Assembly (NCBI GenBank): GCA_051362555.1
Contig: JBPQGU010000016.1
Coordinates: 4,154,001 to 4,218,000, forward strand
From: Lingula anatina
Taxonomy: Eukaryota; Animalia; Brachiopoda
DNA length: 64,000 nucleotides
Direction: 5' to 3'
The notes below the pieces were generated by a model that saw only the letters and a list, made by a program, of their open reading frames with translations, had not been told where the DNA came from and made no database searches. Shown piece after piece: positions 23,819 through 36,900 of this stretch. A program made the position numbers and the translations under genes. Each line of letters starts with the position of its first letter. The stretch's first letter is position 1.

Positions 23819-26800
23819 ATTGGGGGCCTTGATGAAGTGACCCGGGCGCGTTTACACATTTTTTATGAATGACAGGTGTGGTAGATTGATTTTCGTCACT
23901 TTTTGGAAAAATCGGAGACGGGTCGATTTTTGGTGATTTTGAGTGATTTTGAACAGTGCCAGCACTGTGAGATTTCTTCAATTTTGGCCAGGTAGGGATG
24001 AAAATTTTTTTTCTTCATTATAGTGTCAGGTAGGTGTGTTCGGTCATTTGTAGTAAGAATAAAGTGCTGGAAGAGTGGTGGTGTCAACATTAAGGAAGAA
24101 ATAGAGCAAAAACTCTCTCTCCCCCCCCCCCTCTCAGATTCTGTTCTCAGAGCTTATTTTTGGATCATCTTTAAAGCTAGAATTGGGGGCCTTGATGAAG
24201 TGACCCGGGCGCGTTTACACATTTTTTATGAATGACAGGTGTGGTAGATTGATTTTCGTCACTTTTTGGAAAAATCGGAGACGGGTCGATTTTTGGTGAT
24301 TTTGAGTGATTTTGAACAGTGCCGGCACTGTGAGATTTCTTCAATTTTGGCCAGGTAGGGATGAAAATTTTTTTTCTTCATTATAGTGTCAGGTAGGTGT
24401 GTTCGGTCATTTGTAGTAAGAATAAATTGCTGGAAGAGTGGTGGTGTCAACATTAAGGAAGAAATAGAGCAAAAACTCTCTCTCCCCCCCCCCCCTCTCA
24501 GATTCTGTTCTCAGAGCTTATTTTTGGATCATCTTTAAAGCTAGAATTGGGGGCCTTGATGAAGTGACCCGGGCGCGTTTACACATTTTTTATGAATGAC
24601 AGGTGTGGTAGATTGATTTTCGTCACTTTTTGGAAAAATCGGAGACAGGTCGATTTTTGGTGATTTTGAGTGATTTTGAACAGTGCCGGCACTGTGAGAT
24701 TTCTTCAATTTTGGCCAGGTAGGGATGAAAATTTTTTTCTTCATTATAGTGTCAGGTAGGTGTGTTCGGTCATTTGTAGTAAGAATAAAGTGCTGGAAGA
24801 GTGGTGGTGTCAACATTAAGGAAGAAATAGAGCAAAAACTCTCTCTCCCCCCCCCTCTCAGATTCTGTTCTCAGAGCTTATTTTTGGATCATCTTTAAAG
24901 CTAGAATTGGGGGCCTTGATGAAGTGACCCGGGCGCGTTTACACATTTTTTATGAATGACAGGTGTGGTAGATTGATTTTCGTCACTTTTTGGAAAAATC
25001 GGAGACGGGTCGATTTTTGGTGATTTTGAGTGATTTTGAACAGTGCCGGCACTGTAAGATTTCTTCAATTTTGGCCAGGTAGGGATGAAAATTTTTTTTC
25101 TTCATTATAGTGTCAGGTAGGTGTGTTTGGTCATTTGTAGTAAGAATAAAGTGCTGGAAGAGTGGTGGTGTCAACATTAAGGAAGAAATAGAGCAAAAAC
25201 TCTCTCTCCCCCCCCCCCCTCTCAGATTCTGTTCTCAGAGCTTATTTTTGGATCATCTTTAAAGCTAGAATTGGGGGCCTTGATGAAGTGACCCGGGCGC
25301 GTTTACACATTTTTTATGAATGACAGGTGTGGTAGATTGATTTTCGTCACTTTTTGGAAAAATCGGAGACGGGTCGATTTTTGGTGATTTTGAGTGATTT
25401 TGAACAGTGCCGGCACTGTGAGATTTCTTCAATTTTGGCCAGGTAGGGATGAAAATTTTTTTCTTCATTATAGTGTCAGGTAGGTGTGTTCGGTCATTTG
25501 TAGTAAGAATAAAGTGCTGGAAGAGTGGTGGTGTCAACATTAAGGAAGAAATAGAGCAAAAACTCTGTCTCTCCCCCCCCCCTCTCAGATTCTGTTCTCA
25601 GAGCTTATTTTTGGATCATCTTTAAAGCTAGAATTGGGGGCCTTGATGAAGTGACCCGGGCGCGTTTCCACATTTTTTATGAATGACAGGTGTGGTAGAT
25701 TGATTTTCGTCACTTTTTGGAAAAATCGGAGACGGGTCGATTTTTGGTGATTTTGAGTGATTTTGAACAGTGCCGGCACTGTGAGATTTCTTCAATTTTG
25801 GCCAGGTAGGGATGAAAATTTTTTTTCTTCATTATAGTGTCAGGTAGGTGTGTTCGGTCATTTGTAGTAAGAATAAAGTGCTGGAAGAGTGGTGGTGTCA
25901 ACATTAAGGAAGAAATAGAGCAAAAACTCTCTCTCCCCCCCCCCCTCTCAGATTCTGTTCTCAGAGCTTATTTTTGGATCATCTTTAAAGCTCGAATTGG
26001 GGGCCTTGATGAAGTGACCCGGGCGCGTTTACACATTTTTTATGAATGACAGGTGTGGTAGATTGATTTTCGTCACTTTTTGGAAAAATCGGAGACGGGT
26101 CGATTTTTGGTGATTTTGAGTGATTTTGAACAGTGCCGGCACTGTGAGATTTCTTCAATTTTGGCCAGGTAGGGATGAAAATTTTTTTTTCTTCATTATA
26201 GTGTCAGGTAGGTGTGTTCGGTCATTTGTAGTAAGAATAAAGTGCTGGAAGAGTGGTGGTGTCAACATTAAGGAAGAAATAGAGCAAAAACTCTCTCTCC
26301 CCCCCCCCCTCTCAGATTCTGTTCTCAGAGCTTATTTTTGGATCATCTTTAAAGCTAGAATTGGGGGCCTTGATGAAGTGACCCGGGCGCGTTTACACAT
26401 TTTTTATGAATGACAGGTGTGGTAGATTGATTTTCGTCACTTTTTGGAAAAATCGGAGACGGGTCGATTTTTGGTGATTTTGAGTGATTTTGAACAGTGC
26501 CGGCACTGTGAGATTTCTTCAATTTTGGCCAGGTAGGGATGAAAATTTTTTTCTTCATTATAGTGTCAGGTAGGTGTGTTCGGTCATTTGTAGTAAGAAT
26601 AAAGTGCTGGAAGAGTGGTGGTGTCAACATTAAGGAAGAAATAGAGCAAAAACTCTCTCTCCCCCCCCCCCCTCTCAGATTCTGTTCTCAGAGCTTATTT
26701 TTGGATCATCTTTAAAGCTAGAATTGGGGGCCTTGATGAAGTGACCCGGGCGCGTTTACACATTTTTTATGAATGACAGGTGTGGTAGATTGATTTTCGT

Positions 26801-29800
26801 CACTTTTTGGAAAAATCGGAGACGGGTCGATTTTTGGTGATTTTGAGTGATTTTGAACAGTGCCGGCACTGTGAGATTTCTTCAATTTTGGCCAGGTAGG
26901 GATGAAAATTTTTTTTCTTCATTATAGTGTCAGGTAGGTGTGTTCGGTCATTTGTAGTAAGAATAAAGTGCTGGAAGAGTGGTGGTGTCAACATTAAGGA
27001 AGAAATAGAGTAAAAACTCTCTCTCCCCCCCCCCCTCTCAGATTCTGTTCTCAGAGCTTATTTTTGGATCATCTTTAAAGCTCGAATTGGGGGCCTTGAT
27101 GAAGTGACCCGGGCGCGTTTACACATTTTTTATGAATGACAGGTGTGGTAGATTGATTTTCGTCACTTTTTGGAAAAATCGGAGACGGGTCGATTTTTGG
27201 TGATTTTGAGTGATTTTGAACAGTGGGCACTGTGAGATTTCTTCAATTTTGGCCAGGTAGGGATGAAAATTTTTTTTCTTCATTATAGTGTCAGGTAGGT
27301 GTGTTCGGTCATTTGTAGTAAGAATAAAGTGCTGGAAGAGTGGTGGTGTCAACATTAAGGAAGAAATAGAGCAAAAACTCTCTCTCCCCCCCCCTCTCAG
27401 ATTCTGTTCTCAGAGCTTATTTTTGGATCATCTTTAAAGCTAGAATTGGGGGCCTTGATGAAGTGACCCGGGCGCGTTTACACATTTTTTATGAATGACA
27501 GGTGTGGTAGATTGATTTTCGTCACTTTTTGGAAAAATCGGAGACGGGTCGATTTTTGGTGATTTTGAGTGATTTTGAACAGTGCCGGCACTGTGAGATT
27601 TCTTCAATTTTGGCCAGGTAGGGATGAAAATTTTTTTTCTTCATTATAGTGTCAGGTAGGTGTGTTCGGTCATTTGTAGTAAGAATAAAGTGCTGGAAGA
27701 GTGGTGGTGTCAACATTAAGGAAGAAATAGAGCAAAAACTCTCTCTCCCCCCCCTCTCAGATTCTGTTCTCAGAGCTTATTTTTGGATCATCTTTAAAGC
27801 TAGAATTGGGGGCCTTGATGAAGTGACCCGGGCGTGTTTACACATTTTTTATGAATGACAGGTGTGGTAGATTGATTTTCGTCACTTTTTGGAAAAATCG
27901 GAGACGGGTCGATTTTTGGTGATTTTGAGTGATTTTGAACAGTGCCGGCACTGTGAGATTTCTTCAATTTTGGCCAGGTAGGGATGAAATTTTTTTTTCT
28001 TCATTATAGTGTCAGGTAGGTGTGTTCGGTCATTTGTAGTAAGAATAAAGTGCTGGAAGAGTGGTGGTGTCAACATTAAGGAAGAAATAGAGCAAAAACT
28101 CTCTCTCCCCCCCCCCTCTCAGATTCTGTTCTCAGAGCTTATTTTTGGATCATCTTTAAAGCTAGAATTGGGGGCCTTGATGAAGTGACCCGGGCGCGTT
28201 TACACATTTTTTATGAATGACAGGTGTGGTAGATTGATTTTCGTCACTTTTTGGAAAAATCGGAGACGGGTCGATTTTTGGTGATTTTGAGTGATTTTGA
28301 ACAGTGCCGGCACTGTGAGATTTCTTCAATTTTGGCCAGGTAGGGATGAAAATTTTTTTTCTTCATTATAGTGTCAGGTAGGTGTGTTTGGTCATTTGTA
28401 GTAAGAATAAAGTGCTGGAAGAGTGGTGGTGTCAACATTAAGGAAGAAATAGAGCAAAAACTCTCTCTCCCCCCCCCTCTCAGATTCTGTTCTCAGAGCT
28501 TATTTTTGGATCATCTTTAAAGCTAGAATTGGGGGCCTTGATGAAGTGACCCGGGCGCGTTTACACATTTTTTATGAATGACAGGTGTGGTAGATTGATT
28601 TTCGTCACTTTTTGGAAAAATCGGAGACGGGTCGATTTTTGGTGATTTTGAGTGATTTTGAACAGTGCCGGCACTGTGAGATTTCTTCAATTTTGGCCAG
28701 GTAGGGATGAAAATTTTTTTCTTCATTATAGTGTTAGGTAGGTGTGTTCGGTCATTTGTAGTAAGAATAAAGTGCTGGAAGAGTGGTGGTGTCAACATTA
28801 AGGAAGAAATAGAGCAAAAACTCTCTCTCCCCCCCCCCCCCCCCTCTCAGATTCTGTTCTCAGAGCTTATTTTTGGATCATCTTTAAAGCTAGAATTGGG
28901 GGCCTTGATGAAGTGACCCGGGCGCGTTTACACATTTTTTATGAATGACAGGTGTGGTAGATTGATTTTCGTCACTTTTTGGAAAAATCGGAGACGGGTC
29001 GATTTTTGGTGATTTTGAGTGATTTTGAACAGTGCCGGCACTGTGAGATTTCTTCAATTTTGGCCAGGTAGGGATGAAAATTTTTTTTCTTCATTATAGT
29101 GTCAGGTAGATGTGTTCGGTCATTTGTAGTAAGAATAAAGTGCTGGAAGAGTGGTGGTGTCAACATTAAGGAAGAAATAGAGCAAAAACTCTCTCTCCCC
29201 CCCCCCTCTCAGATTCTGTTCTCAGAGCTTATTTTTGGATCATCTTTAAAGCTCGAATTGGGGGCCTTGATGAAGTGACCCGGGCGCGTTTACACATTTT
29301 TTATGAATGACAGGTGTGGTAGATTGATTTTCGTCACTTTTTGGAAAAATCGGAGACGGGTCGATTTTTGGTGATTTTGAGTGATTTTGAACAGTGCCGG
29401 CACTGTGAGATTTCTTCAATTTTGGCCAGGTAGGGATGAAAATTTTTTTTCTTCATTATAGTGTCAGGTAGGTGTGTTCGGTCATTTGTAGTAAGAATAA
29501 AGTGCTGGAAGAGTGGTGGTGTCAACATTAAGGAAGAAATAGAGCAAAAACTCTCTCTCCCCCCCCCTCTCAGATTCTGTTCTCAGAGCTTATTTTTGGA
29601 TCATCTTTAAAGCTAGAATTGGGGGCCTTGATGAAGTGACCCGGGCGCGTTTCCACATTTTTTATGAATGACAGGTGTGGTAGATTGATTTTCGTCACTT
29701 TTTGGAAAAATCGGAGACAGGTCGATTTTTGGTGATTTTGAGTGATTTTGAACAGTGCCGGCACTGTGAGATTTCTTCAATTTTGGCCAGGTAGGGATGA

Positions 29801-31735
29801 AAATTTTTTTTCTTCATTATAGTGTCAGGTAGGTGTGTTCGGTCATTTGTAGTAAGAATAAAGTGCTGGAAGAGTGGTGGTGTCAACATTAAGGAAGAAA
29901 TAGAGCAAAAACTCTCTCTCCCCCCCCTCTCAGATTCTGTTCTCAGAGCTTATTTTTGGATCATCTTTAAAGCTAGAATTGGGGGCCTTGATGAAGTGAC
30001 CCGGGCGTGTTTACACATTTTTTATGAATGACAGGTGTGGTAGATTGATTTTCGTCACTTTTTGGAAAAATCGGAGACGGGTCGATTTTTGGTGATTTTG
30101 AGTGATTTTGAACAGTGAGATTTCTTCAATTTTGGCCAGGTAGGGATGAAAATTTTTTTTCTTCATTATAGTGTCAGGTAGGTGTGTTCGGTCATTTGTA
30201 GTAAGAATAAAGTGCTGGAAGAGTGGTGGTGTCAACATAAAGGAAGAAATAGAGCAAAAACTCTGTCTCTCCCCCCCCCCCCCCCCCTCTCAGATTCTGT
30301 TCTCAGAGCTTATTTTTGGATCATCTTTAAAGCTAGAATTGGGGGCCTTGATGAAGTGACCCGGGCGCGTTTACACATTTTTTATGAATGACAGGTGTGG
30401 TAGATTGATTTTCGTCACTTTTTGGAAAAATCGGAGAAGGGTCGATTTTTGGTGATTTTGAGTGATTTTGAACAGTGCCGGCACTGTGAGATTTCTTCAA
30501 TTTTGGCCAGGTAGGGATGAAAATTTTTTTTCTTCATTATAGTGTCAGGTAGGTGTGTTCGGTCATTTGTAGTAAGAATAAAGTGCTGGAAGAGTGGTGG
30601 TGTCAACATTAAGGAAGAAATAGAGCAAAAACTCTCTCTCCCCCCCCCTCTCAGATTCTGTTCTCAGAGCTTATTTTTGGATCATCTTTAAAGCTAGAAT
30701 TGGGGGCCTTGATGAAGTGACCCGGGCGCGTTTACACATTTTTTATGAATGACAGGTGTGGTAGATTGATTTTCGTCACTTTTTGGAAAAATCGGAGACG
30801 GGTCGATTTTTGGTGATTTTGAGTGATTTTGAACAGTGCCGGCACTGTGAGATTTCTTCAATTTTGGCCAGGTAGGGATGAAAATTTTTTTTCTTCATTA
30901 TAGTGTCAGGTAGGTGTGTTCGGTCATTTGTAGTAAGAATAAAGTGCTGGAAGAGTGGTGGTGTCAACATTAAGGAAGAAATAGAGCAAAAACTCTCTCT
31001 CCCCCCCCCTCTCAGATTCTGTTCTCAGAGCTTATTTTTGGATCATCTTTAAAGCTAGAATTGGGGGCCTTGATGAAGTGACCCGGGCGCGTTTACACAT
31101 TTTTTATGAATGACAGGTGTGGTAGATTGATTTTCGTCACTTTTTGGAAAAATCGGAGACGGGTCGATTTTTGGTGATTTTGAGTGATTTTGAACAGTGC
31201 CGGCACTGTGAGATTTCTTCAATTTTGGCCAGGTAGGGATGAAAATTTTTTTCTTCATTATAGTGTCAGGTAGGTGTGTTCGGTCATTTGTAGTAAGAAT
31301 AAAGTGCTGGAAGAGTGGTGGTGTCAACATTAAGGAAGAAATAGAGCAAAAACTCTCTCTCCCCCCCCCCCCTCTCAGATTCTGTTCTCAGACCTTATTT
31401 TTGGATCATCTTTAAAGCTAGAATTGGGGGCCTTGATGAAGTGACCCGGGCGCGTTTCCACATTTTTTATGAATGACAGGTGTGGTAGATTGATTTTCGT
31501 CACTTTTTGGAAAAATCGGAGACAGGTCGATTTTTGGTGATTTTGAGTGATTTTGAACAGTGCCGGCACTGTGAGATTTCTTCAATTTTGGCCAGGTAGG
31601 GATGAAAATTTTTTTTCTTCATTATAGTGTCAGGTAGGTGTGTTCGGTCATTTGTAGTAAGAATAAAGTGCTGGAAGAGTGGTGGTGTCAACATTAAGGA
31701 AGAAATAGAGCAAAAACTCTCTCTCCCCCCCCCTC

Positions 31736-33900
31736 TCAGATTCTGTTCTCAGAGCTTATTTTTGGATCATCTTTAAAGCTAGAATTGGGGGCCTTGATGA
31801 AGTGACCCGGGCGCGTTTCCACATTTTTTAGGAATGACAGGTGTGGTAGATTGATTTTCGTCACTTTTTGGAAAAATCGGAGACGGGTCAATTTTGGTGA
31901 TTTTGAGTGATTTTGAACAGTGCCGGCACTGTGAGATTTCTTCAATTTTGGCCAGGTAGGGATGAAAATTTTTTTTCTTCATTATAGTGTCAGGTAGGTG
32001 TGTTCGGTCATTTGTAGTAAGAATAAAGTGCTGGAAGAGTGGTGGTGTCAACATTAAGGAAGAAATAGAGCAAAAACTCTCTCCCCCCCCCCCTCTCAGA
32101 TTCTGTTCTCAGAGCTTATTTTTGGATCATCTTTAAAGCTAGAATTGGGGGCCTTGATGAAGTGACCCGGGCGCGTTTACACATTTTTTATGAATGACAG
32201 GTGTGGTAGATTGATTTTCGTCACTTTTTGGAAAAATTGGAGACGGGTCGATTTTTGGTGATTTTGAGTGATTTTGAACAGTGCCGGCACTGTGAGATTT
32301 CTTCAATTTTGGCCAGGTAGGGATGAAATTTTTTTTTCTTCATTATAGTGTCAGGTAGGTGTGTTCGGTCATTTGTAGTAAGAATAAAGTGCTGGAAGAG
32401 TGGTGGTGTCAACATTAAGGAAGAAATAGAGCAAAAACTCTCTCTCCCCCCCCCTCTCAGATTCTGTTCTCAGAGCTTATTTTTGGATCATCTTTAAAGC
32501 TAGAATTGGGGGCCTTGATGAAGTGACCCGGGCGCGTTTACACATTTTTTAGGAATGACAGGTGTGGTAGATTGATTTTCGTCACTTTTTGGAAAAATCG
32601 GAGACGGGTCGATTTTTGGTGATTTTGGGTGATTTTGAACAGTGCCGGCACTGTGAGATTTCTTCAATTTTGGCCAGGTAGGGATGAAAATTTTTTTTCT
32701 TCATTATAGTGTCAGGTAGGTGTGTTCGGTCATTTGTAGTAAGAATAAAGTGCTGGAAGAGTGGTGGTGTCAACATTAAGGAAGAAATAGAGCAAAAACT
32801 CTCTCTCCCCCCCCCCTCTCAGATTCTGTTCTCAGAGCTTATTTTTGGATCATCTTTAAAGCTAGAATTGGGGGCCTTGATGAAGTGACCCGGGCGCGTT
32901 TCCACATTTTTTAGGAATGACAGGTGTGGTAGATTGATTTTCGTCACTTTTTGGAAAAATCGGAGACGGGTCAATTTTGGTGATTTTGAGTGATTTTGAA
33001 CAGTGCCGGCACTGTGAGATTTCTTCAATTTTGGCCAGGTAGGGATGAAAATTTTTTTTCTTCATTATAGTGTCAGGTAGGTGTGTTCGGTCATTTGTAG
33101 TAAGAATAAAGTGCTGGAAGAGTGGTGGTGTCAACATTAAGGAAGAAATAGAGCAAAAACTCTCTCCCCCCCCCCTCTCAGATTCTGTTCTCAGAGCTTA
33201 TTTTTGGATCATCTTTAAAGCTAGAATTGGGGGCCTTGATGAAGTGACCCGGGCGCGTTTACACATTTTTTATGAATGACAGGTGTGGTAGATTGATTTT
33301 CGTCACTTTTTGGAAAAATTGGAGACGGGTCGATTTTTGGTGATTTTGAGTGATTTTGAACAGTGCCGGCACTGTGAGATTTCTTCAATTTTGGCCAGGT
33401 AGGGATGAAATTTTTTTTTCTTCATTATAGTGTCAGGTAGGTGTGTTCGGTCATTTGTAGTAAGAATAAAGTGCTGGAAGAGTGGTGGTGTCAACATTAA
33501 GGAAGAAATAGAGCAAAAACTCTCTCTCCCCCCCCCTCTCAGATTCTGTTCTCAGAGCTTATTTTTGGATCATCTTTAAAGCTAGAATTGGGGGCCTTGA
33601 TGAAGTGACCCGGGCGCGTTTACACATTTTTTAGGAATGACAGGTGTGGTAGATTGATTTTCGTCACTTTTTGGAAAAATCGGAGACGGGTCGATTTTTG
33701 GTGATTTTGGGTGATTTTGAACAGTGCCGGCACTGTGAGATTTCTTCAATTTTGGCCAGGTAGGGATGAAAATTTTTTTTCTTCATTATAGTGTCAGGTA
33801 GGTGTGTTCGGTCATTTGTAGTAAGAATAAAGTGCTGGAAGAGTGGTGGTGTCAACATTAAGGAAGAAATAGAGCAAAAACTCTCTCTCCCCCCCCCCTC
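31736..33900 (-). repeat. Local 3-monomer higher-order duplication (~1083-bp unit, 2 copies; boundaries approximate)
   Basis: GGGTCAATTTTGG (~31885 and ~32968), AAATTGGAG (~32234 and ~33316) and TTTTGGGTG (~32623 and ~33705) all recur at 1082-1083 bp. Confidence 0.85.
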
Positions 33901-36900
33901 TCAGATTCTGTTCTCAGAGCTTATTTTTGGATCATCTTTAAAGCTAGAATTGGGGGCCTTGATGAAGTGACCCGGGCGCATTTACACATTTTTTAGGAAT
34001 GACAGGTGTGGTAGATTGATTTTCGTCACTTTTTGGAAAAATCGGAGACGGGTCGATTTTTGGTGATTTTGAGTGATTTTGAACAGTGCCGGCACTGTGA
34101 GATTTCTTCAATTTTGGCCAGGTAGGGATGAAAATTTTTTTTCTTCATTATAGTGTCAGGTAGGTGTGTTCGGTCATTTGTAGTAAGAATAAAGTGCTGG
34201 AAGAGTGGTGGTGTCAACATTAAGGAAGAAATAGAGCAAAAACTCTCTCTCCCCCCCCCCCTCTCAGATTCTGTTCTCAGAGCTTATTTTTGGATCATCT
34301 TTAAAGCTAGAATTGGTGGCCTTGATGAAGTGACCCGGGCGCGTTTACACATTTTTTAGGAATGACAGGTGTGGTAGATTGATTTTCGTCACTTTTTGGA
34401 AAAATCGGAGACGGGTCGATTTTTGGTGATTTTGGGTGATTTTGAACAGTGCCGGCACTGTGAGATTTCTTCAATTTTGGCCAGGTAGGGATGAAAATTT
34501 TTTTTCTTCATTATAGTGTCAGGTAGGTGTGTTCGGTCATTTGTAGTAAGAATAAAGTGCTGGAAGAGTGGTGGTGTCAACATTAAGGAAGAAATAGAGC
34601 AAAAACTCTCTCTCCCCCCCCCTCTCAGATTCTGTTCTCAGAGCTTATTTTTGGATCATCTTTAAAGCTAGAATTGGGGGCCTTGATGAAGTGACCCGGG
34701 CGCATTTACACATTTTTTAGGAATGACAGGTGTGGTAGATTGATTTTCGTCACTTTTTGGAAAAATCGGAGACGGGTCGATTTTTGGTGATTTTGAGTGA
34801 TTTTGAACAGTGCTGGCACTGTGAGATTTCTTCAGTTTTGGCCAGGTAGGGATGAAAATTTTTTTTCTTCATTATAGTGTCAGGTAGGTGTGTTCGGTCA
34901 TTTGTAGTAAGAATAAAGTGCTGGAAGAGTGGTGGTGTCAACATTAAGGAAGAAATAGAGCAAAAACTCTCTCTCCCCCCCCCCCCCTCTCAGATTCTGT
35001 TCTCAGAGCTTATTTTTGGATCATCTTTAAAGCTAGAATTGGGGGCCTTGATGAAGTGACCCGGGCGCGTTTCCACATTTTTTATGAATGACAGGTGTGG
35101 TAGATTGATTTTCGTCACTTTTTGGAAAAATCGGAGACGGGTCGAATTTTGGTGATTTTGAGTGATTTTGAACAGTGCCGGCACTGTGAGATTTCTTCAA
35201 TTTTGGCCAGGTAGGGATGAAAATTTTTTTTCTTCATTATAGTGTCAGGTAGGTGTGTTCGGTCATTTGTAGTAAGAATAAAGTGCTGGAAGAGTGGTGG
35301 TGTCAACATTAAGGAAGAAATAGAGCAAAAACTCTCTCTCCCCCCCCTCTCAGATTCTGTTCTCAGAGCTTATTTTTGGATCATCTTTAAAGCTAGAATT
35401 GGGGGCCTTGATGAAGTGACCCGGGCGCGTTTCCACATTTTTTATGAATGACAGGTGTGGTAGATTGATTTTCGTCACTTTTTGGAAAAATCGGAGACGG
35501 GTCGATTTTTGGTGATTTTGAGTGATTTTGAACAGTGCCGGCACTGTGAGATTTCTTCAATTTTGGCCAGGTAGGGATGAAAATTTTTTTTCTTCATTAT
35601 AGTGTCAGGTAGGTGTGTTCGGTCATTTGTAGTAAGAATAAAGTGCTGGAAGAGTGGTGGTGTCAACATTAAGGAAGAAATAGAGCAAAAACTCTCTCTC
35701 CCCCCCCCCCTCTCAGATTCTGTTCTCAGAGCTTATTTTTGGATCATCTTTAAAGCTAGAATTGGGGGCCTTGATGAAGTGACCCGGGCGCGTTTCCACA
35801 TTTTTTATGAATGACAGGTGTGGTAGATTGATTTTCGTCACTTTTTGGAAAAATCGGAGACGGGTCAATTTTTGGTGATTTTGAGTGATTTTGAACAGTG
35901 CCGGCACTGTGAGATTTCTTCAATTTTGGCCAGGTAGGGATGAAAATTTTTTTTTCTTCATTATAGTGTCAGGTAGGTGTGTTGGTCATTTGTAGTAAGA
36001 ATAAAGTGCTGGAAGAGTGGTGGTGTCAACATTAAGGAAGAAATAGAGCAAAAACTCTCTCTCCCCCCCCCTCTCAGATTCTGTTCTCAGAGCTTATTTT
36101 TGGATCATCTTTAAAGCTAGAATTGGGGGCCTTGATGAAGTGACCCGGGCGCGTTTCCACATTTTTTATGAATGACAGGTGTGGTAGATTGATTTTCGTC
36201 ACTTTTTGGAAAAATCGGAGACGGGTCGATTTTTGGTGATTTTGAGTTTTTTTGAACAGTGCCGGCACTGTGAGATTTCTTCAATTTTTACCAGGTAGGG
36301 ATGAAAATTTTTTTTCTTCATTATAGTGTCAGGTAGGTGTGTTCGGTCATTTGTAGTAAGAATAAAGTGCTGGAAGAGTGGTGGTGTCAACATTAAGGAA
36401 GAAATAGAGCAAAAACTCTCTCTCCCCCCCCCCCTCTCAGATTCTGTTCTCAGAGCTTATTTTTGGATCATCTTTAAAGCTAGAATTGGGGGCCTTGATG
36501 AAGTGACCCGGGCGCGTTTCCACATTTTTTATGAATGACAGGTGTGGTAGATTGATTTTCATCACTTTTTGGAAAAATCGGAGACGGGTCGATTTTTGGT
36601 GATTTTGAGTGATTTTGAACAGTGCCGGCACTGTGAGATTTCTTCAATTTTGGCCAGGTAGGGATGAAAATTTTTTTTCTTCATTATAGTGTCAGGTAGG
36701 TGTGTTCGGTCATTTGTAGTAAGAATAAAGTGCTGGAAGAGTGGTGGTGTCAACATTAAGGAAGAAATAGAGCAAAAACTCTCTCTCCCCCCCCCCTCTC
36801 AGATTCTGTTCTCAGAGCTTATTTTTGGATCATCTTTAAAGCTAGAATTGGGGGCCTTGATGAAGTGACCCGGGCGCGTTTCCACATTTTTTATGAATGA

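Noticed and set aside
21257-23821. Classification as Kolobok/piggyBac (TTAA), PIF-Harbinger (TWA) or Sola (4-bp) element
   Set aside because: Comparison with the empty site allows at most a 2-bp duplication (AT). The flanking 3- and 4-mers (TAA/TTA, ATAA/TTAT) are inverted, not direct, copies.
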